From Macrostomum lignano (lineage: Eukaryota): DNA of 64,000 bases. The number at the start of each line of letters is the position of its first letter. Within the stretch, counting starts at the first letter, position 1. The notes under the pieces are model-generated. The model was given only the letters and a program-made list of their open reading frames with translations. It was not told where the DNA came from and did not search any database. The translations under genes were made by a program, and so were the position numbers. The stretch lies in NCBI GenBank assembly GCA_002269645.1, contig NIVC01002498.1, positions 1 through 64,000 on the forward strand, in the 5' to 3' direction. Shown one piece after another: positions 22,888-34,541 of this stretch.

Positions 22888-24807
22888 TCAGGCGCAGGTG
22901 GACGCCGGGCCCAGCAGCCGGATGTCCACCCGTCCGTCCGGCTGCTCGTTGCCGCCCGTCGCGCCCTGGACGCTGGTGGCCTCGCTGGCCGCGAAACTGC
23001 CTCCCCCGCCGCCGCCGGTCGCGCCTCCGCCGCTGGCACCGCCACCCGAGTAGCCGCCGCCGCCGCCACCCCCGCCAGGGCTGCTGGTCTTCTTGCCGCC
23101 GCCGCCGCCGCCGCCGAAGCCTCCTCGTCCAGCCTGGCCAGTGGAGGAGCCGCCGCTCCACCCACCGGCCCGGGAGGCGCCGCCTTCGCCGCTGGTGCCG
23201 CCGCCGTGCGCCCCGCCGCCCGTCAGCCAGCCGGCACCGCTGCCGCCCTTGCCGCCGCAGCAGGTGCTGGAAGCAGCCGGAGCGCCGCCACCAGCCACGC
23301 CGCCGCTGCCCTGGTGGCTGTCCGGCACCGCCGACGGCGTACCGTCCGGCCCGACGACTCCCGGCGATCCCGCCGACGTCTCCGCGGCGCCGCCACCGCC
23401 GCCAGCCGCTAGCAGCAGCGAAGCGGTCGCAGTCTCGTACACGAAGCTGCCGCCACCGCCGCCAGCTCCGAAGCGGCTGTCGCCGGAGTCACCACCGACC
23501 TGCCCGACGACCACCGTCAACTCGGCGTCTCCAAGTACAAAACTGGCTGATTTGAAGGCGCCCCTGCCGCCGGCGTTCGAGCCGGAATTGGAGCCGCCGG
23601 CGGCGCCCCAGGCGCGGAGTCGATAGCAGGCGTTGGGCAGAGGCGGCGAGTAGCTCTGGGGGGCCGGGCCGCTCGCCGCTGCATTGAAAGGCGGGTTGGA
23701 AAATAAATCCATGATGGCGGGAGGGCTGCGGGTCACCTTGGAGTAGCGCCAGCGCTGAGTCAATTGCGCCCATTGCGCTGACTCCTGCGCATATTCAAGC
23801 GCGTGAATACTGTACGCAGACACGCTCTCATAGACACGCTCACACCTTCCAAATCGTGGGGAAGTGCGTAGGTGTTCTGTTCGAGGTGGCAATAAAAAAT
23901 TGAACGAAAAACTGACAATCTCCCATATTCTCACACTGGAGACTCAGTGCGCCCATCAATCAAATTTGACCACGCAAGGGACTTTGGTGCAAGGTTGAGT
24001 AGATATCATGGTACTCTGCCAATGTAATCCCGCAGTGCTCACAATAGTTTGAGTAGAGCATCTTCTCAGACAGCCAGCTGCTGCAGTTCCCGCCATCCTG
24101 CATCAGCCAGAGCTGGCGCAGGTCTTTAGCGGTGCCCATCACGCAGACGGCGGCTTCGCTGACGAACTCGGCAACTACACAGTGGGCGTCGATAGCGCAG
24201 AAGAGGACACATTTGAGCGCACTGCTCGCTGGCCTGTGCAATGTTGAGACATCAGGAACTGCTTAGAGATCAGTGCGGAACTGCTTAGAGATCAGTGCGG
24301 AACTGCTTAGAGATCAGTGCGGAACTGCTTAGAGATCAGTGCGGAACTGCTTAGAGATCAGTGCGGAACTGCTTAGAGATCAGTGCGGAACTGCTTAGAG
24401 ATCAGTGCGGAACTGCTTAGAGATCAGTGTGGAACTGCTTAGAGATCAGTGCGGAACTGCTTAGAGATCAGTGCGGAACTGCTTAGAGATCAGTGCGGAA
24501 CTGCTTAGAGATCAGTGCGGAACTGCTTAGAGATCAGTGCGGAACTGCTTAGAGAGATCAGTGCGGAACTGCTTAGAAGACCTATACTAAAAATGCCATA
24601 AAAGACTCAATACGATAGATATCAAATCAGAGGTTCCAGCACACCCCTACTAGCCAACTCTAGTCACCTGACCATGAGACCTGGCGCGGACACATTTGAG
24701 CAGCACAGGTTGCGGTGCGGCAGCAGACGGTCACAGCTCGGCTGAACAGATGCGGCAGTCAGCAAGGGCAGCAGCAGCAGCAGCAGCACTTGTGCCAGAA
24801 GTTCCAT
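22888..24807 (-). CDS. Secreted protein: signal peptide + PAN/Apple-like domain + ALK/LTK-type glycine-rich domain
   Basis: Exons 24668-24807 (MELLAQVLLLLLLPLLTAAS..), 23971-24233 (SALKCVLFCAIDAHCVVAEFVSEAAVCVM) and 22888-23876 (YRLRAWGAAGG..GGRGA..LTVVVGQVGG..GGGGGSFV..LLLAAGGGGGA..GGGGGYSGG..GGGGSF..DGRVDI). Phases are compatible; the exon 2/3 junction is less certain. Confidence 0.75.
24255..24576. repeat. 22-bp tandem array in intron 1 of the PAN-GRD gene
   Basis: Unit CGGAACTGCTTAGAGATCAGTG. Confidence 0.95.
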
Positions 24808-25224
24808 CTTTGAATGCTTGGTTTGCTACAGCACAGCAACAGAAGACGGAGCGCCAGAAGTCTTTAAGAAGACGTCAAAAGTAGAGAAGTTTTTAGCAAA
24901 AGATGAGGCAGTCCATCGCTGCAGAGTTTCTATAGCTGGGAATTTGTTTGAATGCAACCAATTGGCTCGGTCTGGAGCCGCAAATGACAGAGCTTTCTAC
25001 TGGAAATTGTACACTAACCCGTTGCTAGGGGATCAAATTTGCGGGACAATCGATATGCTGCCATTTGAAATGCTGTACTCGTAGAATGTGAAGATGACGC
25101 AATACTTCCACTTAAAATTCGGCAACTCCCTCTTCTTCTTAAGGATATTTTTGGCGATGTGCTTTCTTTTGCAAGTTAAATTTATATTAATAATGTTTTT
25201 TTACTATTGCTATTATTAATATTA

Positions 25225-27860
25225 GTATTGGTTTTGTCAGCCTAACTGAGAATAAAGCCATCCAAAGTGAGAATCCTGCCTACGCTGACTGCGAAGGGCC
25301 TGGCTGCGTGCAGCCTTAGTCTATGGGCCATAGACTATAAAGGACAAGCAAAGTGATAAAAAGCCATCCAATGTGAGAATCGATTGGTCTTTTAAAACTT
25401 TGCTTGTCCTTTATAGTCTATGGCTCATAGACAAGTAGTATGAAGACGCACACGTCTTTTTGCCACCAGTGAACGGGCTTCTTTTTAGACGTGGGTCTTC
25501 ATACTACTTGCTAAACCTAGTTTTGTACCGATGAAAAAGAACTTTGAGAAGTTCAATAAAAATGTAAATCTCTACTTCTCCCATTTTCTCTTTGTCTGTT
25601 CTGTTTCTCTCCACTCTAATCTCTCTCTAGTCTCCCTTCTCCTCTCCTCTCGCTTCTAGCTCTCGTTTTATCTCTTCTCTATTCTCTTTCTCTCTCATCT
25701 GACCCGCAGCCATGAGCTGGAATCGAGTCTTCTATAATAGGCTTTAGAAGGCCTCGATATAAAAAAATTTCTAATGACTACAGAGCGTAGCAGGGTTATA
25801 TTTTGCAAAGAAAGCTATAAATAGTCTTTCCAAAACACTGTACATACCTACTTCAGAAGCCGTATCGCCTGACTTTTTAGTCGGGGGGAGGATTGTACAC
25901 GTAGTGACTTGGATCTTGCGCCCGACAAACTTTGTACTGGGCTTGCAATTCAAATGTGCAGTTAAAGAGCAAAATTTAATACGAAATTCTAATCACGTGA
26001 CGCCCGTTTATCGATCTAATTTCCCTTGGTCTGTGTGCGAGTCAAATGAAGCTCTATTACACGCCCTCCAAACCAAGCCGCCAAGCATAGATAAAGTATA
26101 CTTTATCTATGCCGCCAAGCCCTCTCGCGTTGCCACAACCCCACTTGGAAGGGAGGGGTGTGTACATTGTATGTACGATTATTCCTTCCTTTCCTTTCCT
26201 TTCCTTCCTTTCTAACCAGCTTAACTCAGCCCAATGCCAAAGCCATGCAAGCAATCACATGCAAATGCAGATTATGCAAAGCGGTATGCAGCTTAATGTG
26301 ATGAATTTCGATGCAAAAAAGGCATTTTTACATGAAAAAAACACCGAATGGTTATGAAATTCAAGAAATTTGTTAAATTAACTATATGGAACACTGTGCA
26401 TTGGTTTCAGTGCGAAATTCCTACCATTTCCAGTTTAAATAGCCCCGGGCCGGAACTAACATAAAAGTAAAAAGTCAAGTTTTCAGTTTTTTATCGATAA
26501 TTTTTTTACTCAATGAACCGAATCTCTAGAAATTGCACACAAATATGCATCGTTTTTTGGGAAATCAGCCGTCATAAAAATAATGCCGTCTTATTGCGTT
26601 TTTTTGCCTGATTTCAAGCAAAATATTAAAAAATCACTACTCTGATCGATTTCCAATCACTTTTGACACATGAGCACTTGTTGCAGACACTCAAAAACTT
26701 GGTCAATTTTAGCCAGACATTAGTACAACTCGTTGCAGTATCCGCATTTGATCTAGCATTCTTTTAAAATTTTAATCACCCATTTTTCTGGCACCCAATC
26801 AGCCAAAAATCACAAATTATCGATTTCTGATCGATTTTTCAATCCGAAAGCAGCGAAAGCAGACGGCAGCAATTTACACCAATATAGTACAGCAACTATG
26901 CTATAGAAATTCGATATTGGCTTATTCGCACCATGTTCTCAAAATTATAATGAGCAATAATGCGAAAGTCATGTGATTTTTTGAAAAATCGATTTTTGTC
27001 AATTTTCTCAGCACTGCAGAAGCGTAGGAAAACAAAACTTTAGACACTTGTAGATATTTGCATTGCGCATCCAACTGCACTGCTTTGAAGCCGAAACTCA
27101 AAAAGCTTCGTAGGAAAAAGTGGGGAAATAATAAAATGAGGGTCATTTTTTTACCCAAAAAACCCACCAAAACTGCATAAAGACGCCGAAATAAATTAAA
27201 GTGCCATATACCATTTTGTAGGAAATTTAGTTTTACAACTTTGATCCTTAGATGTCGAAGCCGTATCTCGTAAGGTGTACCAGAATTTTGAGATCTCCTA
27301 GAAGCACTTTTGAAAAAATCGTCTTTCCAGCTAAATAACGGCTTATTATAAAAATCTCTGCACTTAAAAGTATATTCATTCGATAGATCTAAAAGTTTTC
27401 TATCGATCGACACCTCACTCAACTCAATCGGAGCAGTGGCTGCAAAACAGGAGCATTTTTTGGCGAAAAAACGTGAAATTTCAAAATGCATTAGAGTCTA
27501 ACTTATTTACTCGTAAATACTTTCTAGCCCATGTCGGCCTTCGGCCGCCATGGGTAGAAATTATTCACTCGCCCTCGGCCCCTGGCGGGGCCTCGGGTTC
27601 TCTCGCTCTCGCCCGGCGCCGCCTTCGGCGGCGCCGGGCTCGGCTCGTTCACTGGTGGAACTAGGCTGGACGCAGCTAGGCCCTTCGTATTCAGCTTAGG
27701 CAGGATTCTCACTTTGGATGGCTTTTTATCACTTTGCTTGTCCTTTATAGTCTATGGCCCATAGACTAAGGCTGCACGCAGCCAGGCCCTTCGCAGTCAG
27801 CGTAGGCAGGATTCTCACTTTGGATGGCTTTATTCTCAGTTAGGCTGACAAAACCAATAC
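25225..27860. mobile_element. About 2.6-kb non-autonomous element with about 157-bp TIRs
   Basis: 25225-25381 is the reverse complement of 27704-27860 (GTATTGGTTTTGTCAGCC..; contains GTCTATGG(G/C)CCATAGAC). No TSD or transposase recognised. Confidence 0.65.
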
Positions 27861-28716
27861 ATGCTCACACCTAGGTTTTTAGAACTTTATAATTTATGAC
27901 TTTATTCCAGGCCAACATACTAACTAACGAACTGTCTGATGAATTATGCTTATGTCTGTGTTCTTGAGTCATTTAGGTAAAATGCTTTGTCCTCTGCAGT
28001 AAGCTTTTTGAAATTCGAAACTTTATCCGACATTTCCTGCTCAAATACCATGAGGAGCACTATAAAAAGTTCCAACTGCACTTAATCAAGAAGTGAACGT
28101 ACTTCACTTTCAAACCCCACATATGGCACTTTTGGTAGGTCCTGTTCTCGTAAGGGATTTTTGGTCTCGCAGTCCTTATTGTTTCGCCGTGCTAATCTAA
28201 ACTGCGACAGGGTGCGATTTAAATCTGGATTGGAAGCCATTCGAGGTTGTAGTAAAAATGAGTTAACTTTGCCGAGTTCTTTGCTCTTGTCTCCAGTTTT
28301 GGGTATCCGAACTTGCCAATCCGTAAGTTGTCTGCGGTGAAACCCAATTTGGTGCTACAACAATCAGCGTAGAAAGCACAGAGAGTACTTTTGCTGTGTT
28401 TCTTCGTACTTGTACCAACTTTCCACCAGAGACAGAGCAACTTTACATGCATTTAGTTTAGCAACACTTCATCCTCCAGTAAGGTCGAGACATCGGCCTT
28501 TAGGGAAGAATTCAATGTAGAATTACATAAAGTCTAGAGAACACGACTTCCGTATTGGCAACCCATATTAGTTTTTTAGGCAGAATTTACAATGGTTTAA
28601 AACAGACAAAGGCATTGTTGGTTGCATGTTCTGGAATGAAAAACTGATTTAAATAAAAAAATTTTAGTTGATTGCAGCAATGCTACTAGTGGCATGCATG
28701 GCCTTACTAAAACAAA

Positions 28717-29090
28717 TAAAAATACAGGCATTTTTTTTATTCCACCCACGGTGTTGTCCGCAACAGCGCGATGAGCTATTTTAGGCCGAATCCATTTGCT
28801 GCAAACCCAATCCAGGCATTGTTTTGCGCTGCATTGTCTGACAATTTTGGGGGAAAGCGATGTGGCTTCGGTCGTCTTTGATGACCAATGCGCAGAGCTG
28901 ATTTCCTGGATCTATGAAAGTAAAGGTCGGATTCAGCATTTCCGAATTCTGTGCCGCTTAACAATTCCGCTTCCGGGATCCAAAAAGCAAGAGATGTGTT
29001 TCTTCTGCGGGCTCTGCATGGCTACGTGTATTACTGATGTTGTCTATAAATTAACTTTTTAGAAAAAAAACATTGCACACGTGAGAAGCA
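28717..29090 (+). repeat. Dispersed repeat of about 370 bp, copy 1 (copy 2 at about 33880-34250)
   Basis: Shared blocks GTCCGCAACAGCGCGATGAGCTATT, GGCTTCGGTCGTCTTTGATGACCAATG, CCTGGATCTATGAAAGTAA, GGGCTCTGCATGGCTACGTGTA. Confidence 0.85.
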
Positions 29091-30601
29091 AAACTGCTGT
29101 AGCTGTTACAAATGCTTCTTTTTGGTTAAGTTATGGTAACCTTATTCAGACGTGGCATGCGAGGCATATTTTGTATTGTCACCCAATAAGCTCTAATTGT
29201 CGACCGCTATGATCGAGGAGCATCCCAACCTTTCTTATGATTTTATCAGCATTAGGGCTGGAGCTGCTGGGACGGCCGCGGGACCAAAGTCGTGCATCCA
29301 AATATGCACTTTTACCTGGACACCGAACGTTCAGCCGATATACGTATGACTTCTTCGTTATCAGCCGATGTAATGTAAAAAGTCGGATTTTTTGCTGCAC
29401 TGGCCCGTTCATGCCCTTACTATGCATTTTTTCAGGATTTCATGGTCCTTACTTTAATTGGATTAGGATTTCGTAGCTACATGTACATTGCGAAACCAGG
29501 CTATTACGTTAACTGTATCCTAAACTCTCTAAGCATATTATTGCTTATTATACTCGTATTACTAAAAGAAGAGATTCTGAGAAAGTAGTTCAAATGTTGG
29601 GCGTTCTGTCTAGCAAAACTCGATATCCCTAATTATAGTGTGTACGCAGTTGCACTGCTTTCAACCATTTCAAAAAGGAGATTAAATTAACAATAAATGT
29701 ACGGCTGTACTGGACAGAGAAGAATGCAAGGATCGGATCACTAGCTATTGTGACGAATAAAGGCAGGAAGACGTGCAGTTTGTGTAGCGGTTAAATTTGA
29801 TAATCTAGAGCCAGTAGCCGACTTCCCTTAGCGTAAATTGCAGATTCAGATTTGGTATGTTGAATTGAAGGTTAGGTTTTGATTGGTAGCTGCTTAATTT
29901 TAGTGCGACTAAAGCAATTGAATGCGACGGCTAAGGGGCCCGCGAGAAGCGGGGCGAAAACTCAGGAGGGCAGGGGGAGAGCGGCGGCTGGCTGCAAGCG
30001 TATATTTAATTGGTAAGGTAAACAGATAACAAACAACAGCGACCCTAATCCAAAACCCAGACAAACCCCCCACGCGGCGCGCAATGTACATGTACAAATC
30101 AATCGATAAATATATCATACAAGAATAACATACGTCAGTACATGTACATAGGTAGAACTACTTTACGATAAATAATAACGATATGAATGAAATACAAATA
30201 ATAGAATAAAACATACGAGGCTACAAAACCAAAGCAATTAACAGTAAAAATAGCGCGATAATAATACGTACGAATATTGTTAAAATAAATGGAAGAATAC
30301 AGTAGTTGCACGGTATGCATATGAAAATAAAGAAATACGATACACGCGCTTCTACGAATCACACTGTCACACTAGTAATATACATGTAATACGTATTTTC
30401 CGGGCTAAAGTCCTTGGGAATCATACTTACGTACATAGTACAATGATATTATCCTTGCCCCTGAAGCGCCCGATTTGACGCCCCACTTTTTGGCAACTTT
30501 TCTGTTTGGCGCGAGGCGTGAGATTAATATTATTATTAATATCAATATTAATATTAATATTGTTATTATTTATATTATTATTATTAATCTTATTATTATA
30601 A

Positions 30602-30620
30602 TATGATGATGATGATGATG

Positions 30621-30654
<34 letters not shown>

Positions 30655-30658
30655 GTAA

Positions 30659-30710
<52 letters not shown>

Positions 30711-30712
30711 TT
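30602..30712. repeat. (GAT)n/(ATT)n microsatellite
   Basis: Direct inspection. Confidence 0.95.
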
Positions 30713-31188
30713 TAATATTATAGAACGTAAGAAAACAAGTAAGAGAGATCGAGCTATTTAAAATAAGCTAGGCCTATTTCCTGGGCGAACCGAAAACAAC
30801 GTGCAAAATAATTGACAGCAAGGCCTGTCTTACTATGCCAACTGCAATGCTGAGCACCGCAGATGTGTACGTACAAGCTTTCAAAAGTTTAAGCAACGAA
30901 TTTGTACGTTAGCAACTTTTAAGAGAAATAACAAAAGTTTATATACAGTACCTATTGAATGCTATCAATAAGGATTAAATTATTCATAAAAAATGAAAAT
31001 ATAGTTTTTTCTTTAGTTACTAAAGTTATCTACTGACTTCCGGCGGTGACTGTACCATACGCAGCCTAAATTCGAAGGACGAAGGGGACTGTTGCTGTTC
31101 AGAATCCGGCATATAGTCAGGGGAATTACATCAAACTAAGCCAGTACTAATTCTTATAATAATCTGTTTTACTTACCCTTAAGAAGTC

Positions 31189-31549
31189 ATGTGCATGCAA
31201 GTGAAGTGCGAAAAGTGTGGAAAGACAACCTGGAAAGGTAAATATGCATGCTTCTTTATTTTGTATTTGATAGCCTTATATTTTTTTACAAAAGGGCAAG
31301 TTAAAAGTAAAGTAGCGTTTGGCTTTTTGCTAATTTTTTTAAGTGCATCGCCATCATGGATTCATAGAACTGTAATTTATAACTATCTAATTTTTCTAAA
31401 TTCTAGTCAAGTTTTAATGCGTTTGATTGATTATGCCTTGTTTAACTAATCTAATGGCAATACATATATCTTATTTAGGTTGTGGCAAACATGTTGACCA
31501 AGTCATGAAGAGTGTTCCTGAGGACCAACGTTGCAAGTGTCCAAGATAG
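31189..31549 (+). CDS. 39-aa Cys-rich microprotein (two exons)
   Basis: Exons 31189-31237 and 31479-31549 (AAG/GTAAAT..TTATTTAG/GT) give MCMQVKCEKCGKTTWKGCGKHVDQVMKSVPEDQRCKCPR*. Confidence 0.85.
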
Positions 31550-33129
31550 AAGACATCTACATACCAAAAGCAAAGTTGAAAGCAAAGTTGAAGTTAATAA
31601 CAATGACTCATGTTGAGCTAACCAATTATTATATTTCAACAAAATTCAATACTGTTTTCTTCTTAATATTGTGATTTGAAAGAAGGCTTCAAAACCAATG
31701 AGTTAATGTATTCATTCAAATAAAAGGCTTGCATTCATTGGATTCAATATATCTTTTATTTTATAATGTAATTTATTACCAAAAATGTAAAATGTGATTA
31801 TGTAAACTATAATATATTGTTCTTTTTTGTCTCATTTCTTTTTTATTTTAATATCAATTGTTTGGCTAGGCCACAGTATTAGCCTTGGTTGGGCTCTAGC
31901 AGCCTTGGATATATTAGAAGTGAATGAATTGAATATTCTATAAGTTTCTAAAATGTAGATAGTAACTAAAGGTAAAAGCTGCTAATCCATAACCTCAAAC
32001 CCAATAGCTAGCCAAAAGATAACAATGAAGATAGCTTAAGCCCTTACTAACCTAACCACTAGCAACCAAGAAACTTCCCAGCTAAGATCCTGGCTAAGAG
32101 AGACCAGAAGATAAACCAAAGGTCTTTCACTGCAATGTTATACTTGGTCTTTGAGGGGGGGGGGACAAAAGGCTGTCTTTAGAGCCTTCAGATTGGCTGC
32201 ATACCTTGTTAAGGTCAGAGGGTGGTATTTTACCTGTTCCTCAAAGCCATGGCCAGAGGTATCAAATATGCATAGGTTCACTTCTAGGCAAAGCCCATAC
32301 CCAAATTAGTACGTAGTGTGGCCAAGACAGAAGCCAAGGCTATGGATAGGTTGCTGCCACCAGAGCCTAGTCAGTCCAGCAGCCCTAAAGCTGCCTTGAA
32401 CACATGCAGGATGTGAACCCCTGGGTCGGCTTGTGAGTCAGCTTGAAGAGTAGGCCTATTCCTGCTCTTGCACCCGAATAGAGGGGTACAGGTGTGTAGG
32501 ATTGCAGACCTTAGCTTGTAAGCCTGGTTTGTCTAATACTGGTTTGCTGAGCCCACCATTGCATGCACTGCTTACTACTACTACTGCTGCTGCTATTAAT
32601 ACTACTGCTACTGCTACTACACTGCTTAAAGTGGGCTGTCAGTGCCTCTGTCATCTGGGATTGCGCAGTCCCGCGGTCAGAAGTCGGACTCCGGCATCCG
32701 GCACTCTCAAGATCTGCAGGTTCCATCAAAGGCCGCTATCTGGTGGACCAGATCTAGCATGACCGCAGGCTTCCAGCTAAGAAAGGAGGACTAAAAGGCG
32801 CTAAATTTTTCATTGATTTTAATAAAAGTCTGCAAAACTAGCCAATCTTTTGCTCCAAAATGATTCTTTGAGAACCAAACTTCTCATTCTTCAGACTGCA
32901 GCTTCAATGTACAGCGTTAAAGAATAAGCAAGAATGCCCGATATCTGTAGGTCAAGCATCAGATCAGAGGAGAAGTATTTAAAACCGCTGACACAGGGAA
33001 TGCATGCTGATGACAGAATAGGAAACTCTTCATCATTTATATTTCAAGGTTGGTAAGGTTTTATTTAGTTTGTTTGGCAGTAACAGTTTGGCATGCCTGC
33101 AGTGGCTTCAATCGGCAGTCACTTTTGAA

Positions 33130-33835
33130 TCAGTTGAACCTCGCATCCAGTGTTTCCGCATTCTCGGGTCTCGCCGCGAACATTTCCGCCAATCCAGTCG
33201 GCCACCCCATGCTTATTCCATTATACGAATTGTTAATGTGCAGCTTCTGCTCATCCGAGAACATGTAGCCCTCCTTCAGAAGAGTCACGATGAAGGCGCT
33301 GTCCAGGCACAAGTAGGCCTTATGCTTGCCGCTAGCGGCGGGTTCACGCAGGACTTCCTCGCGACAGCCTCCAGCTTGCCCACCGCCACCTCGTTTTCTG
33401 AAGTACGTCTGAGATAGCCGAGCCTCTTCAGCGTCCCCGCGGTGTAGAAAATGCCGCCGCTATCTTCTGTAGAACTGACGAAAATTAATTACGAGTAATT
33501 GTAGCAATGCAGTGCACCGCTATTTCAGAATTTAATAATTGAATTTTCTAACAAGTCTTTTGAGACATTGGTTCAGCTGTAAACAGACAGACAGACAGAC
33601 AGACAGACAGACGATCCCGAATGCTATTTGACAGAAACCGCCATCTGATATCCTGTATGACTTACTTGAGGCGAGGGTCGCCCATTCCGCTAGCCCGTCC
33701 TGCAGCGTGCTTTTCCGTGGGGAAGAAGGTGGCTCATCTAGTCACCCGGAGGAACTGGATGAGCCGTAGGATGCTGTCGGACTGGCAGACCTCGTCAATT
33801 GACTGATTCGGTCCGAGGTAGCGTAGCCGGTCTCT
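33130..33835 (-). pseudogene. GDA1/CD39 (NTPDase/apyrase) C-terminal fragment, disrupted
   Basis: AYLCLDSAFIVTLLKEGYMF..NGISMGWPTG matches the NTPDase C-terminal/ACR5 region. Frameshift near 33335 in exon 33130-33474; in-frame stop in the putative upstream exon (33666-about 33835). Confidence 0.55.
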
Positions 33836-33879
33836 GGTAAAGAAAGGGCAGTGACAAACGAAGTGCTTGACAAGTACAA

Positions 33880-34250
33880 TAAATAAAAATACAAGTATTT
33901 TTTATTCCACTCACGATGTCCGCAACAGCGCGATGAGCTATTATTAGGCCGAACGCCGTTTGCTGCAAACACAACCCAGACATTGCTTTGCGTTGCGTTG
34001 TCTGAAAATTTTGGGGAAGGCGATGAGGCTTCGGTCGTCTTTGATGACCAATGCAGAGCTGACATCCTGGATCTATGAAAGTAAGGGTCGGATTTCATTT
34101 CCTAATTCAGCGCTGTTTGACTTCTTTTTTCCGGATCCAAAAAGCAATAAGAGATGCATTTCTTTCTGGGGGCTCTGCATGGCTACGTGTAATCCTGGTG
34201 TAATTGTCTATAATTAAAATAACTTTTTAGAAAACAAACATTGCACACAA
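33880..34250 (+). repeat. Dispersed repeat of about 370 bp, copy 2
   Basis: See 28717-29090. Confidence 0.85.
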
Positions 34251-34541
34251 AAGAAACACAACAGAGCTGCGCGATCCGCTTGCTGGAAACAAAGAAATTC
34301 GGGAGCTTACAGAAACGCTGCCTTATAGCGCCGTTGACGGCAATCAGATCGGCCTGGCCTGGGTGAAGCTGGACAGATAGGCAGAATTGGCGTTCGGTGC
34401 GCCACAGAAATTCTTCACCAGGCGGCCATCAGCAGGCAGAGGCCAAAAATTAATTTGAGACCTACCTAGCCAACTTTTAATGCATTTGATTGATTATGCT
34501 TCATTTAACTATTATATTGATATGAATAATTTATATTTTAG

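Noticed and set aside
26922-29476. AT-rich ORFs as possible transposase remnants
   Set aside because: No DDE, HTH or other recognisable motif found by eye.
31036-31043. ETS-like ACTTCCGG upstream of the microprotein
   Set aside because: A single 8-mer is not distinguishable from chance without TSS data.
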